Assembly: GCA_029556475.1 (NCBI GenBank)
Contig: JAKQEP010000126.1
Coordinates: 2,655 to 66,654, forward strand
From: Candidatus Atribacteria bacterium
GTDB taxonomy: Bacteria > Atribacterota > Phoenicimicrobiia > Phoenicimicrobiales > Stramentimicrobiaceae
Length of the DNA stretch: 64,000 nt
Direction: 5' to 3'
Under the pieces are notes generated by a model. That model was not told the DNA's origin, ran no database searches, and saw only the letters and a list, made by a program, of their open reading frames with translations. Of this stretch, positions 7,530 to 17,607 are shown in pieces (within the stretch, counting starts at the first letter, position 1; each line of letters opens with the position of its first letter). Made by a program: the position numbers and the translations under genes.

Positions 7530-9716
7530 TCACTCTACAAGAGATTTCTCATTTTCCTGATGTATCAATTCCTGCAATCTTTCTTTGAGATAGGTATTTC
7601 TATGAACAGTTTTATTATTTTTAATGGCAATCCAGAGAGCCTTGCTGGTACCCACAATAACTACCAACCTTCTGGCTCTGGTAATTGCCGTATATAACAA
7701 ATTTCGTTGTAACAGGAGATAGTGCTGGGTCAGGAGCGGAACGATGACCACCGGATATTCACTTCCCTGGCTCTTATGAACGGTAATGGCATAGGCCAGC
7801 ACCAATTCATTGAGTTCAGAAAAATCATATTCCACTACCCGCCGATAGAAGAGTATCTTAACTACCTGCTCTTCATAGTCAATATCCTGAATATTGCCAA
7901 TATCTCCATTAAAGACCTCTTTATCGTAATTATTACGAATCTGCATTACCTTATCATTTATTTTATAGAGCTGATGGCCATACTTTACACTTTTCCCGTT
8001 AGAATTGAGAGCATTCCTTAACAGATTGTTCAATTGGTCTGCTCCTACTGCTCCTTTATACATTGGGGTTAAAACCTGTATATCATGCATGGGGTCATAG
8101 CCATAACTATGTGGCAGACGAAAAGTGCAAAGCTGAATTATTTTCTGGGCAGCTTTTTCGGGGTCCTCCTCTTTTAAAAAGAAAAAATCTTTGTTCTGTT
8201 TATCTTTCAAAATCGGATATTGACCCTGATTAACCCGATGGGCATTTAATATAATCAGACTCTTTGCCTTCTGTCGGAATATATGAGTCAGACGTACTAC
8301 AGGTATAACTTCTGAGTCAATTAAATCTTTTAATAGATTACCGGGACCGACTGAAGGAAGCTGGTCGATATCCCCAATCAGGACTAAAAAGGTACCTTCA
8401 GTTACCGCCTTCAGGAGAGACTGCATTAAAAGAACATCTATCATAGAAACTTCATCTAAAATAACTACATCTGCCCTGATAGGATTCTGCTCATCTTTAC
8501 TAAAACGTTTTTCTCTGGGATTATAGACCAGCAAGCGATGAATGGTTTTAGCAAATCTACGGGTAGCTTCACTCAACTTCTTTGCCGCTCTTCCGGTGGG
8601 AGCAGCCAGAACAATTTTCAGACCTAGCTCTTCAAATAATTCTATCAAACCAATAGTGGTGGTGGTTTTCCCGGTACCTGGGCCACCGGTGAGGATTAAA
8701 ACCCGATTAAGTAAAACCATCTTCATAGCTTGTTTTTGTTCCAGAGCAAAGTTTATCTTATATTTTTCTTCCAACTCTCCTATCTTCTGGTCAATATTTA
8801 TCTGGAGCAATTGTTGTGGAAAACGCATTATTTGGACAATCTTCTCGCTTATTTCCTGTTCGGCATTAAAATAAATGGGCAGCCAGAGCTGTTTATCCTG
8901 AATTATAACCTCTTTTTTTTGTTGCAAAACTGTGCATTCTTTTTCAACTAATTCTTCCCCAACTTCCAGCAATTCAGCTGTCATAGGTAATAAATCATCC
9001 AGGTATAAAAAACAGTGCCCCTGATTGGCACTTTCATTTAGACAATATTTGATTCCAGCACCTATTCGAGCTGGAGAATCGCTGCTGATACCCAGATTTT
9101 GGGCAATCTTATCGGCAATCTTAAAGCCAATACCAAAGATATCATCTATCATACAATAAGGATTCTCTTTTAGTTTTTCAATCGCCTTGTTTCCATATTG
9201 TTTAAATATTTTTACGGCATAACCAGTAGTAACCTGATAGGATTGCAGAAAAAGCATCACCCTTTTAATCTCTTTCTGTTCCTGCCAGGACTTTTTAATT
9301 ATTTCTATTCTTTTTTGGGCAATTCCTTCTACTTCATTGAGCTTCTCAGGATTATACTCAATGATATCCAGTGTTTTTTCTCCAAAATGGTCTACTATTC
9401 GGTTAGCGGTTACCGGGCCAACCCCTTTAATCAGCCCTGAGCCAAGATAGCGGCGAACACCATCTAAGGTTGTTGGTAAAATGAGCTGATAATCCTCAAA
9501 ATTAAACTGCATCCCATAACGCTGGTCCACATTCCACTTTCCCTTGAACTGATACATCTCTCCCACAGTAACGGCAGCCATTTTGCCCACTACCACCATT
9601 TCTTTCTGTTCCGGCTCCTGCATATCGATACGGGCAATCACAAAACCGTCTTCTTCCATATGATAAATAAGTTTTTTTATGGTTCCTTTAATCAGAATGG
9701 ATTCTTCCATAATCAT
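7530..9716 (-). CDS. recD2: ATP-dependent RecD2-like SF1B DNA helicase
   Basis: Walker A LTGGPGTGKTTT, helicase motifs (VILDEVSMID; C-terminal ...AITVHKSQGSEYP), N-terminal HhH region. Confidence 0.85.
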   Translation of the reverse strand: MIMEESILIKGTIKKLIYHMEEDGFVIARIDMQEPEQKEMVVVGKMAAVTVGEMYQFKGKWNVDQRYGMQFNFEDYQLILPTTLDGVRRYLGSGLIKGVGPVTANRIVDHFGEKTLDIIEYNPEKLNEVEGIAQKRIEIIKKSWQEQKEIKRVMLFLQSYQVTTGYAVKIFKQYGNKAIEKLKENPYCMIDDIFGIGFKIADKIAQNLGISSDSPARIGAGIKYCLNESANQGHCFLYLDDLLPMTAELLEVGEELVEKECTVLQQKKEVIIQDKQLWLPIYFNAEQEISEKIVQIMRFPQQLLQINIDQKIGELEEKYKINFALEQKQAMKMVLLNRVLILTGGPGTGKTTTTIGLIELFEELGLKIVLAAPTGRAAKKLSEATRRFAKTIHRLLVYNPREKRFSKDEQNPIRADVVILDEVSMIDVLLMQSLLKAVTEGTFLVLIGDIDQLPSVGPGNLLKDLIDSEVIPVVRLTHIFRQKAKSLIILNAHRVNQGQYPILKDKQNKDFFFLKEEDPEKAAQKIIQLCTFRLPHSYGYDPMHDIQVLTPMYKGAVGADQLNNLLRNALNSNGKSVKYGHQLYKINDKVMQIRNNYDKEVFNGDIGNIQDIDYEEQVVKILFYRRVVEYDFSELNELVLAYAITVHKSQGSEYPVVIVPLLTQHYLLLQRNLLYTAITRARRLVVIVGTSKALWIAIKNNKTVHRNTYLKERLQELIHQENEKSLVE

Positions 9717-9799
9717 TTGATACCCCTTTGCCCGAACTATTTTGCTAAAATAAGGATAATAGTAGATAATTTTTTAAATGGGCAGGACTTTGACCTGGT

Positions 9800-10210
9800 T
9801 CAGGAAATGATTTTTATCCAGACATCACGAGTACGAGGTCCGTCAAATTCACAAAAAATTATTCCCTGCCAGGTCCCCAATTTCAAATGGCCGTTTTCTA
9901 TGATAACTGAGATTGAGGAGCCTATCAGACTCGATTTGATATGGGCTGCGGAATTGCCTTCCAGATGACGGTAATCATCATTAAAGGGAATCACTTTTTC
10001 TAATTCCTGTAATATATCTACCAACACATCAGGGTCGGCATTTTCATTAATAGTGACAGCGGCAGTGGTATGTGGGACAAAAATAATACAGAGTCCTTCT
10101 TTTAGATTGCTTTCTTGAACTACCCGCTCTACTTCAGCAGTGATATCAAGCATTTCTGTACGATTACTGGTATTAACCGGGATTGTTTTTAGCATAGCTA
10201 ACTCCTTCAC
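9800..10210 (-). CDS. yjbQ: YjbQ/UPF0047 family protein (secondary thiamine-phosphate synthase-like)
   Basis: 136 aa; motif GLCIIFVPHTTAAVTINENADPDV characteristic of UPF0047. Confidence 0.75.
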   Translation of the reverse strand: MKELAMLKTIPVNTSNRTEMLDITAEVERVVQESNLKEGLCIIFVPHTTAAVTINENADPDVLVDILQELEKVIPFNDDYRHLEGNSAAHIKSSLIGSSISVIIENGHLKLGTWQGIIFCEFDGPRTRDVWIKIIS

Positions 10211-10470
10211 TCTTTTTTAGCATAATTAGTAAACTGTTCCTAAATCCTTAAAATTTGACCAATGAAAAATTAAAGAATTACTTTATTAATATGAAATAAA
10301 TATATTCCAGTCTATCACATTTTTTACCCTAATCATAGATTAAGATATTTTATAAATACCCTTACCCTATTTAATGATTTGAAGCAATGATATTGTCGTA
10401 TTTAAAAATTATACCACTTAACTTGAGCAAAATCAGGAAAAATTGACAGTTTTTTGGTTTAAAAATAGAG

Positions 10471-10498
10471 TTGACTGTCCTAATATTTTTGTTATAAT
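10471..10498 (+). promoter_or_regulatory. Sigma70-type promoter: TTGACT-N16-TGtTATAAT (extended -10)
   Basis: TTGACT at 10471..10476, TATAAT at 10493..10498 with TG at -15/-14; 57 nt upstream of the 10555 start. A short inverted repeat gacagt...actgtc overlaps the -35. Confidence 0.45.
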
Positions 10499-10554
10499 AC
10501 TATGTATTAAGAGCTACTACTAATATTAAAATATTTCCTTATCAAGGAGGTTTT

Positions 10555-11292
10555 ATGAGAAAATTAATAGCTTTTTTTCTGAGCATCTCATTATTTTTAC
10601 TATTAATAATGGGTATCAGCCTGGCATCAGACTATCTTGCTCAGGCTGATGCAGTTTACCAGAAAGACAACCTGGAAAGTGTAATAGAATCTCTTCCTCT
10701 TTATCGAAAAGCTGTAGAAGAAGACCCGGAGAGCTATGAAGCTAACTGGAAGATGGCACGTGCTTTAAGAGAATATGCCGATCTGTCAATGCAAGCTGAG
10801 GTATCAGACTGGAAAGATATCTGCAAGGTATATGCCAAAGAGGGCCTGAAGTTTGCTGCTATTGCCAAGGAATTAGAGCCTAATAAAGTGGAAGGACATC
10901 TCTATTATGGATTGAGTGCCGGTTCTTATTCTGATGGTGTCAGCATCTTAAAAGCAATCAAGGAGGGATTAAAAAATAAGACTGAAAAAGCTTTTGAAAA
11001 AGCCTATGAGATTGATAAGATGTATGATGATGCGGCTCCCATACTGGCTCTGGCAAGAATGTGGCATCAACTGCCCTGGCCTTACCAGAAAGAAAAAACC
11101 TCTGAAAAGTATTTCGAAGAATATTACCAATATTTTCCAAATAATCCTCAGGGTCTGGTCTATTATGCCGAGCTATTAAAAGACCGTGGTAAAAAAGAAC
11201 AGGCAATTGTTCTCTTAAAACAGGCTGCCCAGAGCGATCATGCTTATTTCAGCAAGAGGGCAAAAGAATTGTTAGATAAATGGTCCAAGTAA
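10555..11292 (+). CDS. Secreted TPR-like repeat protein, hypothetical (signal peptide MRKLIAFFLSISLFLLLIMGISLASD)
   Basis: Signal peptide and helical repeat composition. Paralogous in style to the partial gene at 1..333. Confidence 0.6.
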   Translation: MRKLIAFFLSISLFLLLIMGISLASDYLAQADAVYQKDNLESVIESLPLYRKAVEEDPESYEANWKMARALREYADLSMQAEVSDWKDICKVYAKEGLKFAAIAKELEPNKVEGHLYYGLSAGSYSDGVSILKAIKEGLKNKTEKAFEKAYEIDKMYDDAAPILALARMWHQLPWPYQKEKTSEKYFEEYYQYFPNNPQGLVYYAELLKDRGKKEQAIVLLKQAAQSDHAYFSKRAKELLDKWSK

Positions 11293-11315
11293 TCGATTTT
11301 AAAAAATAGTATGGG

Positions 11316-11370
11316 ATAGCTTCGTAAGGGATATTATTATGCATGGTATCAACTCTATTTACGAAGCTAT
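11316..11370 (+). promoter_or_regulatory. Perfect 12-bp inverted repeat ATAGCTTCGTAA-N31-TTACGAAGCTAT between the TPR gene and queH
   Basis: Stem arms at 11316..11327 and 11359..11370; no T-tract follows, so it may be an operator or RNA element rather than a simple terminator. Confidence 0.4.
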
Positions 11371-11441
11371 TGCTATATTATCAAAAATTTTTAAATTCTA
11401 AAACAAACTCTATACAATACAATTAATGCTTTTCCTATGTT

Positions 11442-12101
11442 ATGATAGTAGAGATGAATAAAAATACTTTACCAACAGCATCATATCAAAAATGGCTTGA
11501 TGAGAAAATCAATGAGATAAAGAATAAACAGCATACGCCTGAGCTTTTACTGCACAGCTGCTGCGCCCCCTGCAGCAGTTATGTAATAGAATATCTTTCT
11601 CCTTTTTTTTCAATAACCGTATTTTTCTATAATCCCAATATTCACCCTGAAGAAGAATATAAAAAGAGATTAACAGAGCAAATATCGTTTATTGGGAAAC
11701 TCCCCATAAAAAATAGGGTAAAATTTAAAGAAGGCCCCTATGAGCCGGAACTTTTTTTCCAGAAAGTGAAAGGACTGGAACAGGAAAAAGAAGGTGGGAG
11801 ACGTTGTTTAAAGTGTTTTGAGCTGCGGATGGAAAAGACTGCACAAATAGCTTCTCAATTGGGCTTCACCTATTTCACAACTACTCTAACTGTCAGTCCG
11901 CATAAAGAGAGCAGTTCGATTAATCAGATGGGCGGCACTATTGCTCCCGCTTATGGTATTGAATACCTATTCAGTGATTTTAAAAAGAGGGCTGGTTTTC
12001 AACGCTCTATCGAGCTTTCTCACCAATATCAGCTCTATCGTCAAGACTATTGCGGATGTATCTTTTCCAGGCAGCAGGAAAAGATTATGGATAGAAAATG
12101 A
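11442..12101 (+). CDS. queH: Epoxyqueuosine reductase QueH (DUF208)
   Basis: LLLHSCCAPCSSYV cysteine motif and ~220 aa size typical of QueH. Confidence 0.8.
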   Translation: MIVEMNKNTLPTASYQKWLDEKINEIKNKQHTPELLLHSCCAPCSSYVIEYLSPFFSITVFFYNPNIHPEEEYKKRLTEQISFIGKLPIKNRVKFKEGPYEPELFFQKVKGLEQEKEGGRRCLKCFELRMEKTAQIASQLGFTYFTTTLTVSPHKESSSINQMGGTIAPAYGIEYLFSDFKKRAGFQRSIELSHQYQLYRQDYCGCIFSRQQEKIMDRK

Positions 12102-12144
12102 GGAGGTACATTTCAAAACTGCACCTCCTCATTTTCTTATTTTG
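12099..12144. terminator. Bidirectional rho-independent terminator (9-bp perfect stem TGAGGAGGT/ACCTCCTCA followed by a T-tract)
   Basis: Stem arms at 12099..12107 and 12123..12131, then ttttcttatttt. Lies between convergent queH (+) and the ABC-2 permease (-). Confidence 0.65.
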
Positions 12145-12212
12145 TTTAAGGTCAAGAGCTTAAAACAACCGTTTCAAACTATATATATCATTACTATCTT
12201 ATATCATGATAA

Positions 12213-13154
12213 CTAGGTGGAGCGAATCTCCTGACGCATAAATACTACATAAGAGACTGCAAAACATACCAGGATTAAGGCAATCAGAATAATAAATTGT
12301 GGCCAAACCACCATAACACTCTGCCCGATACTGAGAGGACTGGGCATCACCTCCAGATTCTTTAAGGCAGTGGTTACACCAAAAAACCTGACAGAGGGAT
12401 TTAAAATGGCTGTGGTACATTCCTGGAAAAGTATAAGGGGCGATACCCTTAAGATCATATTTCTAATACCCTCGTTTTTGGCAATGAGCTCTAAAGAGGC
12501 ATTGTTTCCCAGGGGAGCCATCTGATCGGCAATAACATTGGCAACCATAAGTATAAAGAAAGAGAAAAATATCCACACCATTATTGATACTAAAGCAGAA
12601 GTGGCTGTTTGTCTAAACAATATGGAAAAAAGAATTCCTAAACCCATCCAGAATCCGATGTAAACGATGCTTAACAGGGAGAATAGTATTATACGAAATA
12701 GTTCCTGTAAAGTAGGAATAATTCCAAATACCGTCATTTCCAAACCGCTTATAATCACAATAATACTGATCAGCATTATGGCAATAGTAGTTATCCCTGC
12801 TAAAAACTTACCGTTAATCAGAGCATCCCGGTAGATGGGCTGTGCTAACACCATACTCATAGTTCCACCGGAACGCTCACTGTTTACTGCATCAAACCCA
12901 AAGATTATTCCTATCAAAGGACCAAAAAAACTAACAAAAAAGATAAAAGAAGGAAGTGTCCCAGCAGAAAAAGTAAATAATTTCAGAAAGAGATATTCTC
13001 CGGTAAACTGGTTTACATCACTGCTTACCGATTGGTGTATCACATAAATGATAGTACCGGCAGTTAGAGTCACAATTAAAAAGAGAATTATGAATTTCCT
13101 GCTGCCCAAATAATCTGCCAATTCCTTCCAGTAAATTACACTTAAGCCAGACAT
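12213..13154 (-). CDS. ABC-2 type transporter permease
   Basis: 313 aa polytopic membrane protein immediately downstream of the ABC ATPase (3-nt gap). Confidence 0.7.
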   Translation of the reverse strand: MSGLSVIYWKELADYLGSRKFIILFLIVTLTAGTIIYVIHQSVSSDVNQFTGEYLFLKLFTFSAGTLPSFIFFVSFFGPLIGIIFGFDAVNSERSGGTMSMVLAQPIYRDALINGKFLAGITTIAIMLISIIVIISGLEMTVFGIIPTLQELFRIILFSLLSIVYIGFWMGLGILFSILFRQTATSALVSIMVWIFFSFFILMVANVIADQMAPLGNNASLELIAKNEGIRNMILRVSPLILFQECTTAILNPSVRFFGVTTALKNLEVMPSPLSIGQSVMVVWPQFIILIALILVCFAVSYVVFMRQEIRST

Positions 13155-13156
13155 AA

Positions 13157-14014
13157 TTAACTACCCTCCTGAAAATATTTAGTATATATTCTTTCCAGGG
13201 AGATATCCTCAGCTCTTTTTTCTACTTTCAGGACACCCTCCAGTCTTTGAATACTGTCAATGAGTTGTGAGGTATCCTGGGCGTCATTGAAACTTATTTC
13301 TAATCGGTTACTTTTTTCGGTTAATATCTTTTTGCTTATCTCCTCCATTGAACCCATAACGTTCATCTTCCCCTTGGAGAATATTCCTATCTTGGTACAG
13401 ATCTTCTGCAACTGATAGAGTAGGTGAGAGCATAAAAAGATAGTTATGTTTTCTTCCCGGTTTACTTTTGTGATAAGTTTTAAAATCTCTTCAACGCCCT
13501 GAGGGTCAATCCCGGTAGTGGGTTCATCCAGAATAGCTAATTTTGGTTTTTTGACAAAGACGGTACCCAATCCCAACCTCTGCTTCATACCTTTGGAAAA
13601 CTTCCCTACCTCTGTATCCTTAACCTCTGTTAAACCTACCAGAGATAAGACTTCTTCAATTCTTTCTTCTGCTACTTTCTCAGGAATATGGTTTAGACGG
13701 GTAATGTAAGCCAGATTCTCCCAGGCTGTTAAATCTTCATAAAAGCCAACATTCTCCGGAAGATAACTGGTTATACTTTTTACCTTGAGGGGCTCTCTAG
13801 TCGAGTTATAACCAAAAACGCTCACTTCTCCCGAACTGGGCTCGGTTAATCCAAGAATCATTAAAATCGCTGTAGTCTTACCAGCACCATTGGGACCAAG
13901 AAAGCCAAAAATCTCTCCCTCTTCTATCTTTAGATTTAACTTATCAACAACAGGTGTTCCATTATAAATTTTGCTTAAATCTTTGGTTTCCAATATGGTC
14001 TGAGTCGTTTTCAT
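13157..14014 (-). CDS. ABC transporter ATP-binding protein
   Basis: Walker A GPNGAGKTT, signature and Walker B (LAILDEPTTGID). Confidence 0.85.
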   Translation of the reverse strand: MKTTQTILETKDLSKIYNGTPVVDKLNLKIEEGEIFGFLGPNGAGKTTAILMILGLTEPSSGEVSVFGYNSTREPLKVKSITSYLPENVGFYEDLTAWENLAYITRLNHIPEKVAEERIEEVLSLVGLTEVKDTEVGKFSKGMKQRLGLGTVFVKKPKLAILDEPTTGIDPQGVEEILKLITKVNREENITIFLCSHLLYQLQKICTKIGIFSKGKMNVMGSMEEISKKILTEKSNRLEISFNDAQDTSQLIDSIQRLEGVLKVEKRAEDISLERIYTKYFQEGS

Positions 14015-14027
14015 CTTGGGAGTTCCC

Positions 14028-15311
14028 TCATCTTCTTCTCAATTTCAGGAAAATACTCAAAAGAAGAACAAGGATAGCAAGAATAATAAGTACTCCAATC
14101 CATCCCCATTTGGTGGGAACCTGAACTGTGGTCCTGAATTCAATCTTCTTTTGATCCTGAGTTCCGGCAGCATTAACGGTAATCATATAATCGCCCGGTA
14201 CTGTATTCTGGGGAACCTTGACCGTCATACTGATCTTCTCTGGTTGATTGGTTTGAACCACAGAAGGCAATTCTACCATCTTCTCCGGATTGAATTTTAT
14301 TTCCCATCCCTGCGGGGCTGTACTGAAAAAAGTGACATTATCTATGGCAGCAGAACCCTCATTCCAGATATAAAAGGTAAAATCTTTTTCCTCACCTGAG
14401 ATGGTAGACAGTTTTAAATTGCCGGTTTCCGTTCCCGCATTCATAACATAGGTGCCGGTAACTATTGCTTTTAAATCCAATGATTTTTCCAGTTCCCCTG
14501 CTTTTACTATAAACTTCAGTTCATATTCATCTTTTTCAGCGGTGAAGGGTGTATTTACAGTTAGTATTATGGTTTCAGTGCCAGCTTTATTAATCTTTAT
14601 GGCAGATATTGTTTCATCTTCCCTATATCTGGGACTGATAGTAGCTCTCCAGCCCAGTGGGAGGTCTACAGCAAAATCCATTATCTGATCTTCATCTGTC
14701 TGGTTTTTTACTTCAATTTCAAACTTCATAGGTTTTCCAGATGCTGCCTCAACCACAGGGTATTTAGTATTTAATATAATCTCATCTGTCTCTTTTTTTA
14801 CCTCTTCTTCTTTCTTACCAACAGCGGCAACCACAATATCCAGTGAACGGGTAAGCTGTCCATCGGTGGTCTTGGCTTTTATGGTAAAGGTATAGCTTTT
14901 CTGGTCCTGTCCTTCTTCAATCTCCTTAGGCGCCTCGATATGTAGATTCAATGCCCTGCTATTATCAGGGTCCTGGGAAAGAAGGTTTAATTGCCTGACT
15001 TTAAAGCCACGCCAGCTCTCATTATGTAAAGCAACATCCCAGTCTTCAGCCTCGGGATCGGCAATCAGTTCAACGGTAATCGCCTCCGGATTTTCCCCTC
15101 GGTTGATAAACTTGACTTCCAGGTCGACACTCTGTCCCTCTTCCAATACCAGATTGGAAAATTGGCTGTAAATAAGAAAATCTCTTTCCAATTTTTCTGC
15201 TTGCTCTGTTTGTGCCAATGAGGGGAGGGGGAGCAGAGAAATAATCATCAGAATTATTACCTTAAAAAATAAAAAATCCTTAATTTTCCGATTCATCGAT
15301 TTTACCTCCAA
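14028..15311 (-). CDS. Secreted multi-domain (NEW3/CARDB-like beta-sandwich) protein with C-terminal TM anchor, COG1470-like partner of the ABC-2 system
   Basis: Signal peptide, repeated beta-rich domains, C-terminal WGWIGVLIILAILVLLLSIFLKLRRR anchor; adjacent to the ABC-2 ATPase (14-nt gap). Confidence 0.5.
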   Translation of the reverse strand: MEVKSMNRKIKDFLFFKVIILMIISLLPLPSLAQTEQAEKLERDFLIYSQFSNLVLEEGQSVDLEVKFINRGENPEAITVELIADPEAEDWDVALHNESWRGFKVRQLNLLSQDPDNSRALNLHIEAPKEIEEGQDQKSYTFTIKAKTTDGQLTRSLDIVVAAVGKKEEEVKKETDEIILNTKYPVVEAASGKPMKFEIEVKNQTDEDQIMDFAVDLPLGWRATISPRYREDETISAIKINKAGTETIILTVNTPFTAEKDEYELKFIVKAGELEKSLDLKAIVTGTYVMNAGTETGNLKLSTISGEEKDFTFYIWNEGSAAIDNVTFFSTAPQGWEIKFNPEKMVELPSVVQTNQPEKISMTVKVPQNTVPGDYMITVNAAGTQDQKKIEFRTTVQVPTKWGWIGVLIILAILVLLLSIFLKLRRR

Positions 15312-15517
15312 AATCTAATCAAAACTAATTTGTTTATTCTATAATAATTTAAAAATCAAGGCTTTTTTTGAAAAAGTCTATTAAATTGTACTTTCTTATT
15401 CTTTTTCTAAGGCTGTATCGCACCTTTAATTTAACCCTCACACTATAAATTTTACAAAAAAATTTTTTCTTGTCAAGATTTTTTTGATAGTGGACTTTCC
15501 CGTTTAAAAACATTTAG

Positions 15518-16774
15518 TTAATCTTCAGCTTTATCCTTAGTCCCTCTCCAGTAACCTATAGTTTCTTCATCAAGTAGGTTTTGTACTAATTTTCTCAGAA
15601 CATTGTTACCACTGAATAGAGAAAGAAATCCAAAATGAGAGATTATACTATGTTCCTTGTGTCCCTTTTCTTTCTTACGTCTATTGTATTCTCTGGTAAT
15701 ACAATCGATAAATTCTGAAAAGGTATAAATCCGAAACCTGTCTACCCCAACTTCCAGGGCAATCTTTTCTGCCAGCGCCAGGGCAATATCACCATAACTA
15801 CAATCTTCCGGCAACTTCAATATCTCCACCAACCTGGGTAGTATTCTTTCAAAAAGAAGTCTCCGATAGGGGAAATCTTCCCTTAAGCCAAGGGCCCGGG
15901 CAATTTTTACTACTAACTTTGAATTAAGATGATTAAAATAATCAAGGAAATAATCTTCCTGATATTCTAAATCAATATAATAAAACTGACCTTTTAAATT
16001 TTTCATAACCCGATAAGCATCATAATATCCTAATTTTAAATTATGCCTTGCCTTATCGGCATTAAAACTTAATGGCCCTCCCAGATATTCTTTTGTTTCA
16101 ATATTGATGACGTTGAGATGGTTTAAATTTACTTTTCTCTTTCTCCCCAGCCCTCCGACCTGTACGATAATGAGAGAGGTATAACCGCGATTAATTAGCA
16201 TACGAATGGGTAAATTATCATAAATTCCACCATCTAAATAAACCTTATCACCAATTTTAGCTGAACGAAAAAGAGGGAAATTGGCACTGGCAAAAAGATA
16301 ATCAGCAATCTGGCCATCAGGAATATCCTCTATAAATAATTCCAGCGCCTTGCGGTCAGTAAAAGATACCGTGACCATCCCAAAGATAATATCTGAGTTG
16401 CGCAGTTTTTCCTCATTGACATATTTTTTGATTAGTTTCTGTAAAGGGGAGACATCAATACCACCTTCAGTAATAATTTCCCCCAGTATCTTTAAATAGT
16501 AACGGATATCACTCGGTCTTATTTCTAAACGGGCTAATTTATCTAATACTTCTGCTTCAATATTCATAACCTGTGAAGGATGGATATTGTACCAGAGTTG
16601 ATAAGCCTTCTCTATTTCATGCTGGGCTACCATAGCACCATTTAAAGCTCCCACAGATGTTCCGGTAACTGCAGTAATGTTCATTCCCATCTCTTCTAAA
16701 GCTTTGCAGGCGCCAATTTCATAAGCACCTTTCGCGCCTCCACCCTCTAATACTAATCCGAATTCTTCTTTCAT
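15518..16774 (-). CDS. Patatin-like phospholipase family protein (cytoplasmic, with C-terminal extension)
   Basis: GGGAKG oxyanion motif, GTSVG (GxSxG) nucleophile elbow, DGG catalytic Asp region. Confidence 0.8.
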   Translation of the reverse strand: MKEEFGLVLEGGGAKGAYEIGACKALEEMGMNITAVTGTSVGALNGAMVAQHEIEKAYQLWYNIHPSQVMNIEAEVLDKLARLEIRPSDIRYYLKILGEIITEGGIDVSPLQKLIKKYVNEEKLRNSDIIFGMVTVSFTDRKALELFIEDIPDGQIADYLFASANFPLFRSAKIGDKVYLDGGIYDNLPIRMLINRGYTSLIIVQVGGLGRKRKVNLNHLNVINIETKEYLGGPLSFNADKARHNLKLGYYDAYRVMKNLKGQFYYIDLEYQEDYFLDYFNHLNSKLVVKIARALGLREDFPYRRLLFERILPRLVEILKLPEDCSYGDIALALAEKIALEVGVDRFRIYTFSEFIDCITREYNRRKKEKGHKEHSIISHFGFLSLFSGNNVLRKLVQNLLDEETIGYWRGTKDKAED

Positions 16775-16816
16775 ATGAGCACCTTTTTTGTTTTATTGCT
16801 CAATATTTGTATAGGT

Positions 16817-17353
16817 TTAAAAATTGTATTTTTGGTTATAGCGGTTTAGAAAAATATCATTAAATTTTTGTTCCGGAATTGTTTTTTCAGGCTTTGTTTC
16901 ATCTGGATACCCAATAGCAACCATACATAAGATGTTTAAACTTTTTGGTATTCCCAACAAGTTCCTGAGATATATTTCCGAATCTTCTCTGCTTGCGTGG
17001 TATCTTCTTCTCAGCTGTATCCAACAACTACCCAGACCCAATTGCTGTGCTTCCAGTATAATTAAAGTAGTAGCAATGGAGGAATCTTCTATCCATACAT
17101 CTGAGTGGCTGGGATCAGCCAGTACCACAATGGCCAGGGGCGCTTTTACCAGTAAGTTAGAACCATGTTCTTTCGCTTCAGATAGTTTTATCAGGGTTTC
17201 CCTATCTTCAACAATAATAAATTTCCAGGGATTGTTATCCTTTGATGATGGTGCTAAAAGAGCAGCCTGCATAATCTGATATATTTTTTCTTTCTCCACT
17301 TTTCTATCCTGAAATAAACGAATACTCCTTCTTTTTTTAAGCAATGGTATCAT
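16817..17353 (-). CDS. Nitroreductase family protein
   Basis: N-terminal KRRSIRLFQDRKV nitroreductase signature; 178 aa. Confidence 0.75.
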   Translation of the reverse strand: MIPLLKKRRSIRLFQDRKVEKEKIYQIMQAALLAPSSKDNNPWKFIIVEDRETLIKLSEAKEHGSNLLVKAPLAIVVLADPSHSDVWIEDSSIATTLIILEAQQLGLGSCWIQLRRRYHASREDSEIYLRNLLGIPKSLNILCMVAIGYPDETKPEKTIPEQKFNDIFLNRYNQKYNF

Positions 17354-17435
17354 TTTTAATCAAGCTCCCTTTATTATATTATATCACGAAACATTAGATA
17401 TTCTTTGTTAGTTAATTAGATATTTGTATTGTATA

Positions 17436-17600
17436 AGTCGTTGGTTGTTAGTTATAATCATTGCCGGTATAAATGTAAGTGGTCGTTAGTCGATAGTTTT
17501 TAGTCAAATACAAAAATCTTTTTTTCTATCTTTATTATTCACTCATTACTCATTATTGCTAACTTATCACTTATGACTAATCACTTTTCACTATGATTTG
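17436..17600 (-). repeat. Copy of the dispersed intergenic repeat family in reverse orientation
   Basis: The reverse complement contains ctaaaaactatcgactaacgaccacttacatttatacc (21-nt exact match to 2572 aacgaccacttacatttatacc), ccaacgac and tatttgtatt words, plus tcact-rich words. Confidence 0.55.
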
Positions 17601-17607
17601 TGGCTGC

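Noticed and set aside
15518-16774. Patatin-like phospholipase as a CBASS/defence effector
   Set aside because: No adjacent cyclase/nucleotidyltransferase, SMODS or other signalling partner. Flanked by a nitroreductase and an ABC-2 operon. More consistent with a stand-alone housekeeping lipase.
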